Notes: generated by a model not told the origin, from the letters alone. A DNA stretch of 64,000 bases from Vicugna vicugna (GCA_013265495.1 PNXW01004639.1:124001-188000); one strand, 5' to 3'; shown: positions 13,938 through 28,107, numbered from the stretch's first letter. Made by a program: numbers and translations.

Positions 13938-14929
13938 GTCAGGTTAATCTGTGGATCTTCGGGCTTCTGACAGTGTCGGGAGTTTGGTTATGTGAATCTG
14001 CTTTTGAGAGCTGGATACACTCTGATGTGCTAATCACTCATCTGCCCAAGGGCCAGAAGAGAAGGTTTTGGTGGATTCGCCAAATGTCCACCAATATTAG
14101 CCTCTTTAAGAAAAAGCTGTCCATTTCTCAACATTTCTATTAGCTTGCCTTTCTCTAAACTTTTCCACCATGGAGATGAATACAAACAAACCAGTGTAGA
14201 ACAAATATCTGGCAATATAACTGTCAAAAAAAAAAAGACAATTGAAAGTTTCAGCATTCATAATTTTCATATGATCCAAGTGTTGGGAGTTTACCAAACT
14301 GTTAACAGTAACAGAAAATTCCAAGATCAAAACTTAAGTTTTACAAAATGAGGGAAGATCAGATGGAGAGTTAACCTCTGAATTCCATCTGGGGGTGTAG
14401 GGAGCCAGAGACAAGCTCTAAAATCATGTCGGAGTGACAACGATTAGAACTAGAAAGGACTCCGTTAGTAGATGATAAGGCAAGAATGGTCTGAGGGGAG
14501 ATTCTCGGGGACAAGGTTCAGCTGGAGGTTTTCAAAGGGACACAAATAGAGAGAGAAAGGCACTGCAGCTCACGTGCGTGGAGAAGGAAGCTAATCCGCA
14601 GCAAGTGCCCGCTAAGCTTTCATCAGTTCCTGGAAACGTGATGAATGTGCACAAAATCTGACTAGCGAACCTGAGAGAGGGTGGTCGGCTACAGTGGAAG
14701 CTGAGCATCAGGAAACATGGGAGGGCAGGGGCCGAGCTTGGAGCCACGGGCAAAACTCTTAGGCAATGAGTTTCAAGCAAAAGGGAAAGAAAGTGAGTTT
14801 TGTAGCATCCACCAATCTCAATCACAAAAATTGTAAACGTTGAGGCTGCTTCATACCGTGGATAATACCAGTGCCTCCCATTGCCTCCAATCACTCTTAA
14901 AAACATGTTTTAATATCCCCCTAACAAGA

Positions 14930-16000
14930 AAAAAGCCCTTTGACATGGGTCATGGCATGGCATTTATGAATATGACACCAAAGGTGCAAGCAAAAAAGCA
15001 AAAGCAAAAAAGTGGGGCTACATCAAAGCAAAAAGCTCTGCACAGCAGAAGAAACAGTCAACAAAATGAAAAAGCAACCTACAGGGTGGGAGAAAATATT
15101 TGTAAACCACGTATCTGATAAGGGCCAGTAGCTAATAATAAAATATAAGGAACTCTAACAACTTAATAATTTTGAAAAAAGTATCCAATTTAAAAAATGG
15201 GCAAAGGCCCTGAATAGACATTTTTTCTAAAGAAGATATGCAAATGACCACCAAGTACAAGAAAAGGTGCTCAGTATCACTAATCGTCAGGGAAACGCAA
15301 ATCAAAATCACAAGAAGAGATCACCTCACACCTGTCGGAATGGCTGTGATCCAAAAGACAAAAGAAAAGTGCTGGTGAGGAGGCAGAGGGAAGAGAACTC
15401 TGGTACATTGCTGGTGGGAACGTAAACTAGTCCTATCCTGTATGTTCGTAACAGCATAGACAAAAGGCAAGACATGGAAATAACCCAAGTGATCTGTCAT
15501 CACTGATGGATGACTTGGCAAAGAAAATGTGGTATTACTGAGACATAAAAAGAAGGAAATACTGCCATAAATGGACCTGTAATAATGGACCTGCAAAATG
15601 GACCTGCCATAAATGGGCATGATGCTCAGTCCAATAAGTGAGACAGAGAAAGGTAAATACAGAGAGCAGATTGGTGGTCACCAGGGGCAGGAGGTAGCGG
15701 GGCAGGGAATAGGCTGAAGGCCATCAAAGGGCATAAGCTTTTATTTTAGGATGAATAAGGTCTGGGGATGGACGGCTTGGTTCATGGTGACTGTAATTAC
15801 CAATACTGTATTGTATATTTGAAAGCTGCTAAGATAGTAGGTCTTAAGAGCGCTTACCACAACAATGAAAAAGGAACTATGTTAGATGTTGGGTGTGAAC
15901 TCACCTTAGTGTGATAATCATTTAGCAACACATACAAGTGTCAAATCATGCCTTACGCCTTAAATGTGTGCCATGCTGTATGTCAGCTGTACCCCCTTAA
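14930..16000 (+). mobile_element. Older LINE-1 3' fragment (L1MA/L1MB-like) with internal deletions
   Basis: ORF2-like 'FMNMTPKVQAKK' and 'tcacctcacacctgtcggaatggct', followed by a 3'UTR with 'aatactgtattgtatatttgaaagctgctaag'. Confidence 0.9.
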
Positions 16001-16861
16001 AGTTGGGGGGTAATGAATTGCAGTAACAGGGACAAAAGAAATAAGATCCTCCAAGACTTCTGGTCAGATTTACTGAAAATACATGATATTTCGGCTATTT
16101 CTGTTTAAATAGTCTTGAAATTTGAGGCGCATTAAATAAACTCAGTTTATTCAATCTCTGAGTGAAAGTACTCAAACAGGAGTATAAAATTCTCAGGTCC
16201 CCAGACAGGGTTTTACACACTCAGCTGTCCAACTGTGATGCTAATTTAAAACCATTTTCTATATCTTTTCTTTTGTCCATGTTAAAAAGATATCAAGAAT
16301 TTCATTTTTTGACTTGTCACTGAGAAGTTAACTTATTTTTCCCCACCCATCTCAGAATCAAAGAAACTCTTAGTTTCAGCTCAAAGCTTATCTTGTCTGT
16401 TGTGTTTTGTTATTTAAAACAGCCCACCAAAGACAGCCCAGTATTTTATACCAGCGCCTTTAAAAATGCATGAGGATGTGCTTATACAGTATCGTCACAA
16501 ACTTTAAGGCATCATCCATCTCTAAGAACCATCCTCCTAAATCTGCACCAGTGCCCTCAGTCATTGTAAAGCACACATTTTCTGATTCACAGCATCTTAA
16601 AAGCTTCCAAGAGTTTAAGCTTTGAAAGCTTTCAAAATGGTTTATTGATCTAAAGCGCCTGTTGGGAAAGTCTAATTTATGTCTCCCACTTAAGATTGCA
16701 TTGTCTGTAGTCATCTATATTCCTCTGAAGTTTGACAGTTTTTTCCCACCATTCTTAGTATCTTCACTTGTTCCATCATATCTGACATAATCCATCAAAG
16801 CTAAAAACCAAATAAATAAATAAATAGAGGAAGAGAGACACACTGTATCAAAAATACAATT

Positions 16862-16988
16862 ATTTTTTTTTTGTTTTGGGGGGGAGGTAATTAGGTTTAT
16901 TTATTTTTAGAAGAGGTTCTGGGGATTGAACCAAGGACCTCATGCGTGTTAAGCATGCGCTCTACCACTTGAAGTATACCCTCCCCCC
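16862..16988 (-). mobile_element. vic-1-like tRNA-derived SINE
   Basis: Antisense A/B boxes (ggggattgaacc; gcgctctaccact), poly-T at the left end, degenerate TSD. Confidence 0.9.
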
Positions 16989-19900
16989 TTATAAGTATTT
17001 CTTTTATTCTTAATTTTAACTAAGTCACATAATGTAGATTCCATATTCAAACATGGAATCAGTAAGAATTTTCATTAACTGCAGCTAATCAAGTTTCTCT
17101 AAAGTCTCAAAATGTAATTGACACTGAGTCTGGCTTCAGATAAAGAACTGAACTGAGTTTGAATAGGTTATTTTATTCCAAGAAAACCAACAAAGGAAAA
17201 CTAATTGTACTCCATTACTGCTACGAAGTGAAGAACTGCCATCAGTGGGTTCTACCCCAAGAGTAATGTTAGCCTTTATGGTTTTATTTCTCAATGCTTC
17301 AGTTACTTTAGATGCATTATATCTGCATTTGAAGTTGCATATGCATTCTTATGTCACTGAAAGAAAACGTAACGTGACAACAGGCAAAACCTCTGGAGGT
17401 AACCGTCCCACCCACGTAAATTGGATGAGGACAGAAACCAGTGACAACATGGATCTTACAACACGTTACATTGACGACTTCGTTGTGCTTCTTTACCCAG
17501 ACTGTGTTTGTCAGGGAGTCCCTGGAACACTGTTCTAGAATTTCTTCCTGGTGGTTCTATACATTGAACAGCAGTAAGAGCCTTAAGAGACGTCTGTCAC
17601 CTGTGATGAAGCCCACCTGATAAACTCGTGACGTGTCTGAAATTTAAAGCCAAGCAAAAGTCTTGAAGTGTGGGTCACAGACATGAAGTTTTGTGTCTTT
17701 CTCTGTGTCTTAGTTGTAACATGTGTCACAATTTGCATTTATTTTGTTTCTGGTTTTGTAGCGGTGGTTCGTCCTTTCATTTGATCGTTAGCTCCGTGAG
17801 AGCATGTGGCTGTCACTCCCTGTCACGGCCCATGGTGTCACCTGGTAGCTGACGCAGACTGGGTTCCCATGAGTACCTTTTGAAAGAGTAGTAAAGAGGA
17901 TCAGATGTTTGCCAGATGTGTTTCTCATGGGTCAGTTGTGAGGCCAGCCCAGGAGACTTTCAGCACCTCTGGTAGATACCAAGAAAGAGAAGGTATGGGA
18001 CTACAAAGGAATGGAGTTTATTCTTCGGTGAGGCTGCACAGCCGTCTGGTCATTTCTCTGTGCTGTTCCCAGACTTCCTCCCGATCCATGGTGACTGTCT
18101 CTACCATTGTTGTACATGACCCAGACATACCTGGAGCCGTGGATGCTGCAGGAGTCGCTCCAGTGTGGAGACGAACAATAAAATGAGAAATAATGACTAG
18201 ATTACAACCAGACCACGGCCAAACGGTTTGTTTTATGAGCAAATTGCATCATTATGCTAAGAAAATGAATTGTTTATCATTCTAATCCCCTCCCTCGGAA
18301 TTAGATTTTAACTGCTGTTATTTAATAAAATACTAATTATTGACTGGTGGTTTCCAATTAAACTCCATGACATGACACCGGGCCTGCAGAGCGCCGTCCC
18401 ACTAGCCCTGCGTGTGGCTTCCAAACTGTCTGCAGCAAAGAAATCCCAGTTGGCACTCTCTGATCAGAGTTCACACTGGAGTTGAAATCTATTTTTCATC
18501 CTTGTCTTGGTCACTCTCCATCTTATCATATTAGTGTCAAAGTTGGGATGACATGTTCTTCCTACTACAGTAAAATAGCTGGAATGATGCACAGACCCAA
18601 AGCAACAGCAAACCAAGACGCATTCCCCGTACGCTTGGAAGGCATATAGAAAGCGTGTCAGGAGCTGGACAGACACGAATTCGAGAACATTTTTCATAAG
18701 GTGGAAATTGGATCAAAGTGTTAATGTTTATGCTATTTCTAGGCTAATGTATAATGCACATTAATCTTGAAATACATTAAAAAATTCTTTTAGGGGGAAA
18801 TTACAGAGAAAAGATGCACCAGAAAAAAAAATAAATCTCAGTGGTAATGACTCTTTAGTAAATTAACATTTTAGTGGGAAAAATGTCCATGTGATCACTA
18901 ATACGTTGATGTCTTTACCTGGAATTTTAACAGGATTTCAGGGTAAGTGTACAGAAAAAGCGCCACAGGTGAAATTCATTCATGGCCGATTCAGAAGGAA
19001 GCAGTCACAATCAACTATTTAAAACCTGGAATTTTCAGGATGTTATTCATGTTTTTATTTTTATTTTTTTCTAATTTATAGGTGAAGCACAAAACTTTGT
19101 GATAATATGGAGACAAATCATGAAACTGTTTTGCATGACGGAGTCTCGACTGTTACCCCCATCACTCACCAGTTGAACCATTCATTCTTCAGGAATATAT
19201 TGATTGAATTCATGACCTTCGAAGAGCTTAAAGTAAGTTGCATATTTTACATTTACAGAAAGGTAATGTCTCAGATCTGTAACAATTTTGGTAATAACAA
19301 CTATCATACTAAGATACTAAGCAGAGCCTCTTGAAAAAATGAATTACATGTAACTAAAATTTTCCCAAAAAATGACATTTCACAATAAGTGAGAATGTAA
19401 CTGATAATTTTTATCATAACATTTTATTTAGGGGAAAAAAAGCTTCCATCATTAAATATTCCTTTTTTGGCTGAAAATAATGTCACCACTTTTGTACCAT
19501 GATTATGTAATTTGTAAGCATCAGGGGAAGGTGAGTGAGGGATACGTGAGAACTCTGCCCAATTTGCAGTTTCTCTGTAAGTTTAGATTTTTTCCAAATA
19601 AAGAGGTTTTTTTAAGGGTGCTCATCACTTGTTTAGCATTTAGAGCCAATCTATGTGAAGGAAATTCATCGTGATGAAAATCAGTTTTCTTAAGTACCGT
19701 AGAGAGAGTAGATAAATGGAGAGCATTTCAGAAAATGACTTAACAATGCACTGAATGGTGCAAATTGTGCGTGGACGTCGACAGCTGACGTGCTTCTAGA
19801 ATGATCTCAACAGAAGAATAAATGTGGACCGTTTTATCGAAACAGTAGACACAAAACCAGCCATGTGTACACAAAAGTGAAATAACTAATAAAGATGGCT

Positions 19901-20149
19901 AATGCTTATGGACTCTTATTTGCAAGGCACATTAAATCTTCCAGAAAGGGCATGAGTTAAATATCAGATTTGACCTCTTCAGACAGTCAGATCTCTTCCA
20001 CAAAGTTACAGAGCTAACAAGAGGCTGAACTGTGATTTGTCTTATAGTCCTGAACTGTGATTTCAACACAGGCTGATGAGGCTCCAGGCCGGTGCACTTG
20101 ACCACAGGGCTGTGTGGTGTACCTTCAATCTCTGAGTTTGACGTTTCCT

Positions 20150-20480
20150 CTGTAACAGAAATGCTGGGTTTGCATCTTGCCCCCTTCTCTGGCTAAGAAT
20201 GAGGAGCAGTGGGCATCCCTGAGTGGAAAAGGCCTCCAGTTTATGGTTTCAGGGCAGTTTTTCTCTTTGACAATCAGGGAATGATCCCATCCTTGAGTTC
20301 ACGGTCACCATACACCAACCCAGTCAGCTAAATTGGCCAGAGGACTGTGATGTCACAGGAGTGCTGTGACAGCAACTCAACCTGTCCGAGCCATGGGGTC
20401 CCCTCCAGAAGTCAGAGACTCCATCCCATATTGGAGGGTGCCAGGCTGAACCACATTCAGACAAGCACAGTCAGTCCCAC
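20150..20480. mobile_element. Probable old ERVL LTR fragment (MER68/MER77/MER21-like)
   Basis: LTR-like segment ending 'cagacaagcacagtcagtcccacaca'; family recognition is weak. Confidence 0.35.
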
Positions 20481-22285
20481 ACACTTTTAATAGCCATTCA
20501 GCAGACCATGTTTTGTGCTTCATAATTGCATTATTTGGAACTTTGTTCTATGTATTAAAAAAACCTCAATAGCCCTAATTTCCAGTCGGTGGAATTTCTA
20601 AAATAGCATGTGAAGATTTCTATAAATACAGCCTATAATTTCCATCTTAGTGTTGTGCTTCAATGCAATTCATTATTCATTAGTAAGGAATTTGAAAGAA
20701 ATACCTGGTTCTCATCACTTACAGAAAACAACATATAAAAATAGAAGAAAAGAAGTGCAAAGTTTAATCTGAAGTAACTCTGTCTTGTTCTATTGCTGTT
20801 AACAACATTAGCTTTCTTCGAGGTAAACTTTCCTGAATATGCCATAACAGTGTTTAATAATAATATCTTTTTGAATCTAAAATTTTGACATTTGTTTCAA
20901 ATTCATAAAATGAAAAGTAAGAGGGGCTTTCCAGTCCATAAAATGAGGGGGAAGGAAGACATTAACACGGGGACTCAGCCAAAAGGGATCTGAGCATTCC
21001 TAACCCACTGGACTAGAAAATCTTAAAAGAGCTCACTTCTGAGATAAGCAGTACCTAGTGGTGACGGGCAGCCTGGGGAAGTCATAAGAATACTAAGCCA
21101 AATGTTAATTCCCCAATATTCCCGCTATTTAAAGCTTTGATTGAAGGAGTGAAAGGGTCATTTCTGACCCTAAAGGGACTTTTTCCCTAGCAGTTTCTGC
21201 CAAAACTTGAAATAACAGTCACATGATTTCTGGTCAACATAATGAACTTGTGTGAACCTCAAAAAACGTTGCCAGTTTACTGTCTTTTGGTAATATTCCT
21301 GACAGTGATTTTTCAACAAGAAAACATTTGAAAGGCTATGGAAATACACTACACTCATCATTGTTTCATTGACTTTTATAAAAAGCAGGTTGTGTGAAGA
21401 ACTGGGAGTCTGAGTTTCTTTGACTGTAGTGTATTTTCTTCAGTTTTTGTTGGATCATTTGTAAAGATCACCCCCCAGGCCCCACTCCCCTCCCTCCCTT
21501 ATCCCCTCCCCAACCCCCACCAACAATGCCTGCGGGCAAGTCTCTTAACATCTTTGGCCTCTGGCTTGTTATCTGCAAAATGATAAGTTTGTGAGTAGAT
21601 GAATTCTGATGCACAAATCAGTTTTGAAAAAAACGTGATTGTGAATTTAAATCTCCTATTTACAGAAAATAGTTATCGACATTTTAGGGTTTGTGGGAAC
21701 GTAGTCCCTTACCATGTTTTGTATGTTTTGAACCTCAGCTTTATTTTTCTTTTATCTGAAATGGTTAGAAAAGAACTCTACAGATAACTTGAGAGTGGTA
21801 TTAATCAGTTTACCCACATCAACAATTGCTGAAAGAAACATGAGTTTGGATATCAAGCTGAAAACTGGAAGTGCCAGGTGATACCCACCGCTTTATGTGT
21901 GTCAGCCTGCCCAGTTTTATACCACTCGGTATGGATAAGAAGACCTTTCCTTAAAGCTCTTTATGCATGATTAGTGAAGCTTTGTCATAAGACAAGAAAA
22001 AAGAAATGGAGGAAGTACTTTATTTATAATTGAATCAAAAAAGGCTACTCATTAGCTATGCCTTCATAACATTTCATCAAACTAATCCACATACAAACCT
22101 CTTTGTCCTTTCTTCCTGTCCTGCTCCAGTTTTCTAGACTCCCTTATCCTAACTGGCTGCAGAAACACAATCATGTGACTGGACATAAATTTCAAAATAA
22201 AAACCAAAGGCATTAAGAGGAGGATGGAGGTTGATGGAGAGTGTGTTGTGCTCCTTTTTATAACAGGTTCTCCTTTTCCTCCTTT

Positions 22286-22412
22286 ATTTTTTTTTGGGGG
22301 GAGGATAATTAGGTTTATTTATTTGCTTGTTTCTTGATGGAGGTACTTGGGACTGAACCCAAGACCTTGTGCGTGCTAAGCAGGCACTCTACCACTGAGC
22401 CAGAGCCTCCCC
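22286..22412 (-). mobile_element. vic-1-like SINE
   Basis: Antisense A/B boxes, 'taattaggtttattt' tail motif, TSD tcctttattt/tcctttcttt. Confidence 0.9.
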
Positions 22413-25400
22413 TAGTCCTTTCTTTAGGGTTAGGGCTTGGACCAGGGTTATTAAGTCATCTGATAAATGTTCCCAGGATGTTTTAGAACAGGTTTAGGTT
22501 TTCAAATTTGAAGAGTTGTGTCCAAGTCCTGATTTACATGTCCAAGGTTTCCCTGGCCCCAAACAGTTTTCACAGTCAGAGTCTTCTGAACCCGAGAATC
22601 ACAGGAGACCACTAAGGCTCAGGAAGCACGCTCCGTGTTTCTTCATGTAAAATATGCTAGAAAGTTCTTGATACCCTTCAGCAGTCATGTATTTTGAGAG
22701 AGAGCAAAACCGCACTTTTAACGATGGTGATTCTTTTGGTTTTAAGTGAGAATGGAGGGCAGACTTTACCATCTATGACCAGGGACGTGGATGCTGCCAG
22801 CCTGGCAGCCTTATCTCGGTCCACTATGGTCAACTTTGGTTCTGGAAATTCTATCAGGGTGATGGCCTTTCCCACTTAGAAATCTACATGCACTCTCAAA
22901 TTAAATCTGTGCTTTCCCTACAGAATCACTCCTGTCTTTTAAGTCTCTCGGTGGCATTGATTCTGCTGGCACTCTTTAAGTCAGTCAGGTGGATGTGCGT
23001 GGAATCATCTGGAGGGTCTGCCTTCCCTCCGCAGTTCATAGCACTGCTCATCAAGGCCTGACACCTGTCCTCAGGATGCTGTCATTTCATCTCCAGATTT
23101 CTTTTCCAGCCCACCATGTGAATCCCCAGTCGGATCAACCCTGAGATCCTGGCACATCCATTATTCATCTATGGATGAGGTATTGCTAGCAAAATTTAAC
23201 ATAGCAAAGCAGAGGAAAGGGTAAGGAACATGCTAGTTGGAGAGATACAGAGGAAGAGAGAAAAGATGGAGAGAGAGAGAAAAACAGAGCGATCGCTTAA
23301 GAACACAGGTGAGGTGCAGATGCAGACCAGGTAGAGTCAACAGCTTGGTACGTGCAAAGCTGTAGCACTAAAGCTAATAAGATCTTTATTCTTTCAAAGA
23401 AAGCATTATTAATTAAACCTTGAAGGTGACTGAGGAAGGAAGAGATTTGAGAAGGACCCCAATGCCTTCTGGAAGAGATCAAAACTCTCTTCTCAAAGAG
23501 AGTTTTCATCTAAGAGGTCCTAGGTCCTCTCCAAGACCTAGAAGTAGAAGCAAGAAGGATAGTGAAGGACAACAGATTCCTAGGATAAAGTCCCTGTGAA
23601 AATCAGAGGTTCGGGGCAAGAATGGGGTGGTGACAGAGGCCATGTTTCTGGGTTGGTGGCCCAGTTGACTCTGGCCTGGACTCTGACCCCTGAACTACAG
23701 ATTGTAAACCACAGGAAGTAGGTGTGCTCGTGAGCCACTCAAACCACAGTGTCATAAAGAGGGAACAGTGGGAACCCCAGTCCGTTGGGCACAGAGGGAC
23801 AGTACAGGCAGATGAACACCGGGGAAGGGCCATCCTTCCTCCTCTCCTGAGGACGTGCAGCCAGGCCTTCAGCAGGAGGAAATCCCGCCCGTCTGCCTCA
23901 CAGCCACTCCAGGGGCTTCGCAGCCGCGCTTGGCACAGGGTCACATCAGACCTGCGAGTCCAGGCAGCTGGGACAGGGGTGGCCTCAGAGAGAGTTAGCC
24001 CACGCGGTGAAGAGAGGTTTCTTTCCGCCTTTGCGGGTTGATTGATCTTTGCAATCGTGTGAGACACAGGAGGCAGAGCCGACAGCTGAGGACAGAGGGT
24101 GCTTGAGGTTAGGAAGTTTTTGGATTGTCTGTCCATCAAGAGTAGGAGGCCATAGAAAACTCCAACTGTATATTTTAGGACCTGCGTGAGCCAGTTTTCG
24201 CACCTGAGCTGTTAAAAGGAGTCATTTTACTTACAAAGACGATGCTGAAGCCCCTCTGGGAGAACCGTCTCCAGAAACAGTTGGCACTTTGCAAACCCCC
24301 TAACTTTTCAAAGCTGTCAGAGAGAAAACGTTCAGTTCTGAGCACCTGAGTCCCTTCTCACCTATGAAAACTCTAACAACAGATGGCCTGAAAGTTTGTG
24401 TCTGAAGGGACTTTAACCCTTGCTCAGAGTTGTTTTGTTAAGTCATTACCAGACAATAAACCAGACTTCCTCTTTGTTTACATCTGCCTGATCAGGAAGA
24501 GTTAGATGTTTTCACTGTCTTTGAAAAAAGCCAAAGAAACAAGATATTCCCAGCAGTTTATTTGAACAAATGGCTTCGGTTTAGCGTAACGATTTCTTAA
24601 ATTCCAGTTTTAAGTCCTTGGTGAGGAGAGCAAGTCAGCCCCATTCAGACTTTTCCCGAGCTGCGTGGGGCCCGTGGCCATTGTTTAGCCAGTTTCAGAG
24701 GCTCTTGTCATCGGCCTGCAGGGACGGCAGGTCGGGAAGAGAGATGAACTTGGCTGGCAAAGCTGGCAGCCTGAAAATGTGTCTCCTTCTTATGCTTTAA
24801 AAAATCTGTGTAAAAATGTTTTGCTCATAGTGCTCACCTATCCATTTATAATAAAGATTTGTACATTTTAAATTCTGTCTTTTAAAAAAAATTATAACTA
24901 AGTTATTCTATAAGTTAATCAATTATGAAATTGAAGCCGACACAGTAATATAGGAGGAACAGAAAGTCAAGTTTTGTAAGTTAGGACAGGAGTGAACTAG
25001 AGCTAAACGAAAAATATGATTTCTGGAAGAAACGGCATGAGAAACAAGAACATAATGCACTTCTAGGAAGAGCATTTTTTTTCCATGATTGAGACTCCTG
25101 TTGGCAGCTCTTTATTGATGTGAACACTGACCATACCTATTATATTATTGTGAAATTAAAGTCATCTCTTTTGTATAAATACAGTAAAAAATTGGACCTC
25201 AATTTTGATGTGTCACAAGATGTGTGACAAAATGCACTCACAATAACCAGTAAAGAGCTGCAAACCCCAAAGGGCATGAGCTGTGTGAGCTGGCACCAAC
25301 TCTGGGATTTGGAAATTATTTTGCAATTATTTCTTTTTGGTCTCTGGAGTGTATGTTTCATGGATTTCTTCCTTTTTACCCAGAGTGTAGTTTTGCATGC

Positions 25401-27093
25401 GTGGTGACCACAAGAGAAGAAGGGCACTGTGGGAAGAGTGCTTGTGTGGTTGCCATTGTAATTTGATCAGTATCAGTAAACAGGATGTCTGAAAGCTATT
25501 CATACAAAAATAAACAGCTCTTTAGTAGCTGTTCTTCCAGTGCTCCAAGAAGGGAACAATTTACCCACAGGGGAGCAAGTGTATTGAGTACAAAAACAAT
25601 GCATAGACGAATAACAAATTTTCTCCCAAGACACTGTCTTTTTGGGATCTGCCCCACCACCATCATATTAAAGCATCCAAAAAATTGACAGTGAAATAGT
25701 GATCACCAGTGATTTCAATAAAAATTTTTAAAACTTGGGCTCATCATGTGGAAAAATCAGGTGAAAATTAAGGGATTATCCTTGGGTTTAAGTTGGCAGA
25801 ATAATCCAGGATGTAATGTTATCAGTCATCGACAGGCGGTCCTGGGTGCTTCCTCTGTGCCCGTCACCTCAGTCTTGTTTGTCCCTGGATTCACATGTCT
25901 CGTTCTCAGTCCTTGATACTAGAAACTGGGGAGTCACACTTGGATCTCACTTTTTTCTCTTTCTTTTTTTTTTTCTCTCTGCCTCATTTCATCATAATTT
26001 CACCTCCCAACCCTTTCTGACTTGTGTTTCTTCTTCTCTGTGTCTCGCGGTGCTGGTCCAGCTCCTGTCATCACTCACCTGAACTGCTTCACTGTCTCTT
26101 TATGTCTCCTCCTAACTAGAATCTTGTTGCCCTCAAATTCATCACCCAAACAGGCACTAGATGACAAAATGCAGGTGCCACAATGTCAGAGTACCCTTGT
26201 TTAAGACGCCAGAATGACACGTGGCGTATAAAACCTCTGTGATCCAGCCCGTGCTTTTGCGTCTCTACTCTACGTCTCATAGATTAACCAGTTTGAAAAT
26301 ATTTAGCATGGTGCCATCCATTATGGTAGCTCCATAATTTAGCATGGTGCCTTCAAAACATCAGAGGAGGCTAATAAATATTACACGTCCTAAATAATTC
26401 TTGAAGAGATTGGCCTCACCCCATGCCCACTGACACCACGCAGCCAGACTCAGACTTGTCTGGATGCTCTAGCAGCTTCCTCACTCTCCTTCCAATGCCC
26501 GACTCTTCCTCCTCTCCTTTGCTGAAAGCTACTTATCGCTCAGGTCTCAGTTTAAACATCCATCTCTTGATGCGGCAGTCCCTGACCCCCTTGACTGGAT
26601 TGAATTATTTTCCCCTGCATGATCATAGCCTTGTTCCACTGCCCTCATCACAATGGTAATTACTTGTTTAATGTCTGTGACTTCCTCGGAGAAGCTCTCC
26701 CCAGTCCCTTTGACAAGGGGAAGTATCGGCATTAAATGTTCTCACAGGTCACGGTGCCTCCCTTAGCATGCATCGCAGGTCAATAAGTATTTGTTGAGTT
26801 GAATTGAAAATACATCTCTAGTCTTCAAGGAACGCTGAGGTCTGGCTCTCGCAGGTCCCATATACTCCTAGCTAACTCTTTTAAGTCTCAGCTCACATGT
26901 CAGCAGCTCAGGGAGCCTTTACTAATCAAACGTTGCCCCCTCCCCAGCTAGATTAGACCCCTGTTCTCAGTGCTCACCTGGCACCTCGTGCACGGCTCCA
27001 TTGTGGCACTTACTAGAATGTATTACAGCGAGTTCTTTATGGGTCTGTCTTATTAGACAGTGATTTCTTTGAGATTAGGTTTGATGCCTTCTT

Positions 27094-27218
27094 TCGTTTT
27101 TTGGGGGGAGGGGTGGTAATTAGGTTTATTTTTTTTATTTAGCTGGAGGTACTGGGGATCGAACCTTTGACCTTGTGCATGCTAAGCATGCACTCTACCA
27201 CAGAGCCATACCCTCCCC
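27094..27218 (-). mobile_element. vic-1-like SINE with a perfect 17-bp TSD
   Basis: TSD aggtttgatgccttctt at 27077-27093 and 27219-27235; antisense A/B boxes. Confidence 0.93.
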
Positions 27219-27651
27219 AGGTTTGATGCCTTCTTCATGTTTTCTGTTCCAAAGGTACAGGGACCAACTTACATAGACACTCAATGACTATTTATTGAAT
27301 GAATGGATGGATGCATACATGTCAGCTAGGAATGAGATGACCTCTTGCTGCTAAGTAATGTACCCTCTCGAAGGGGAATGAGGGACATCTCAGTGGCAAA
27401 CCTGCATGGACTGAAGACCCAGGGCCCTCTGGGCCCTCCTCACATACCTCCCCGCCCAGACCTCGACATTGTATGGACACAACCCTGAACTGGCTGAAAT
27501 GTTTTTTAAGGAAACTATAAAATCAGTACTCAAAAGAGAATTTAAACTGAGTTATGAAAAGTAAAGTTACATTTATTCTAATCCTAAATGTGTAGGCTGA
27601 AAATTCTATCCATTAGATAAATACAGAGGTGTATAAATATATAGTCTACCT

Positions 27652-28107
27652 GTGACAGGTAGACTAATGGTCCCCCAAAGATGACGGTGTCACAATCCCC
27701 AGTGAATATGTTACTTTCTGTCACAGAAGGGGTTCTGCGGACGTGGTTAAGGCAGCGATCTCGGGATGGGGAGTTTATGCTGGATTATCTGGGCGGACCC
27801 CATGGAATCACAAGGGTCCTAATGTAAGGGAGGCAAGAAAGTCAGAGTCAGAGACGCAGAGATGCTGCACAGCTGGCACTGAGGATGGAGGAAGGGCCAG
27901 GAGCCAGGGCAGGCAGGAGGCCCCCCTCAGCTCGAAAATCCAAGGAGATCAATTCTCCCTCAGAGCCTCCGGAAAGAACACAGCCTTGCTAACACCTTGA
28001 CTTTAGCCCAGTGAGGCTTCTGACCTGGAGAACTATAAATCTGTGTTGTTTTAAGCAGGTAAATTTTTGATAATGTGTTCCTGCAGCCATAAAAAAGTGC
28101 ACATACA
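27652..28107 (+). mobile_element. MaLR LTR (MLT1D-like)
   Basis: Starts 'tgtgacaggtagactaatggtcccccaaagatg'; contains 'ttctccctcagagcctcc...aacaccttgactttagcccagtgag...gtgttgttttaagc'. Confidence 0.85.

Noticed and set aside
17245..17538. ORF with TTGKT...VNW resembling the parvovirus NS1/Rep Walker A region
   Set aside because: The spacing is wrong (8-9 aa versus ~15) and the flanking GPA and NENFPFND motifs are absent.
23603..24139. Longest ORF (178 aa, minus strand)
   Set aside because: Non-ATG start in a GC-rich stretch, no recognisable domain and no exon context.
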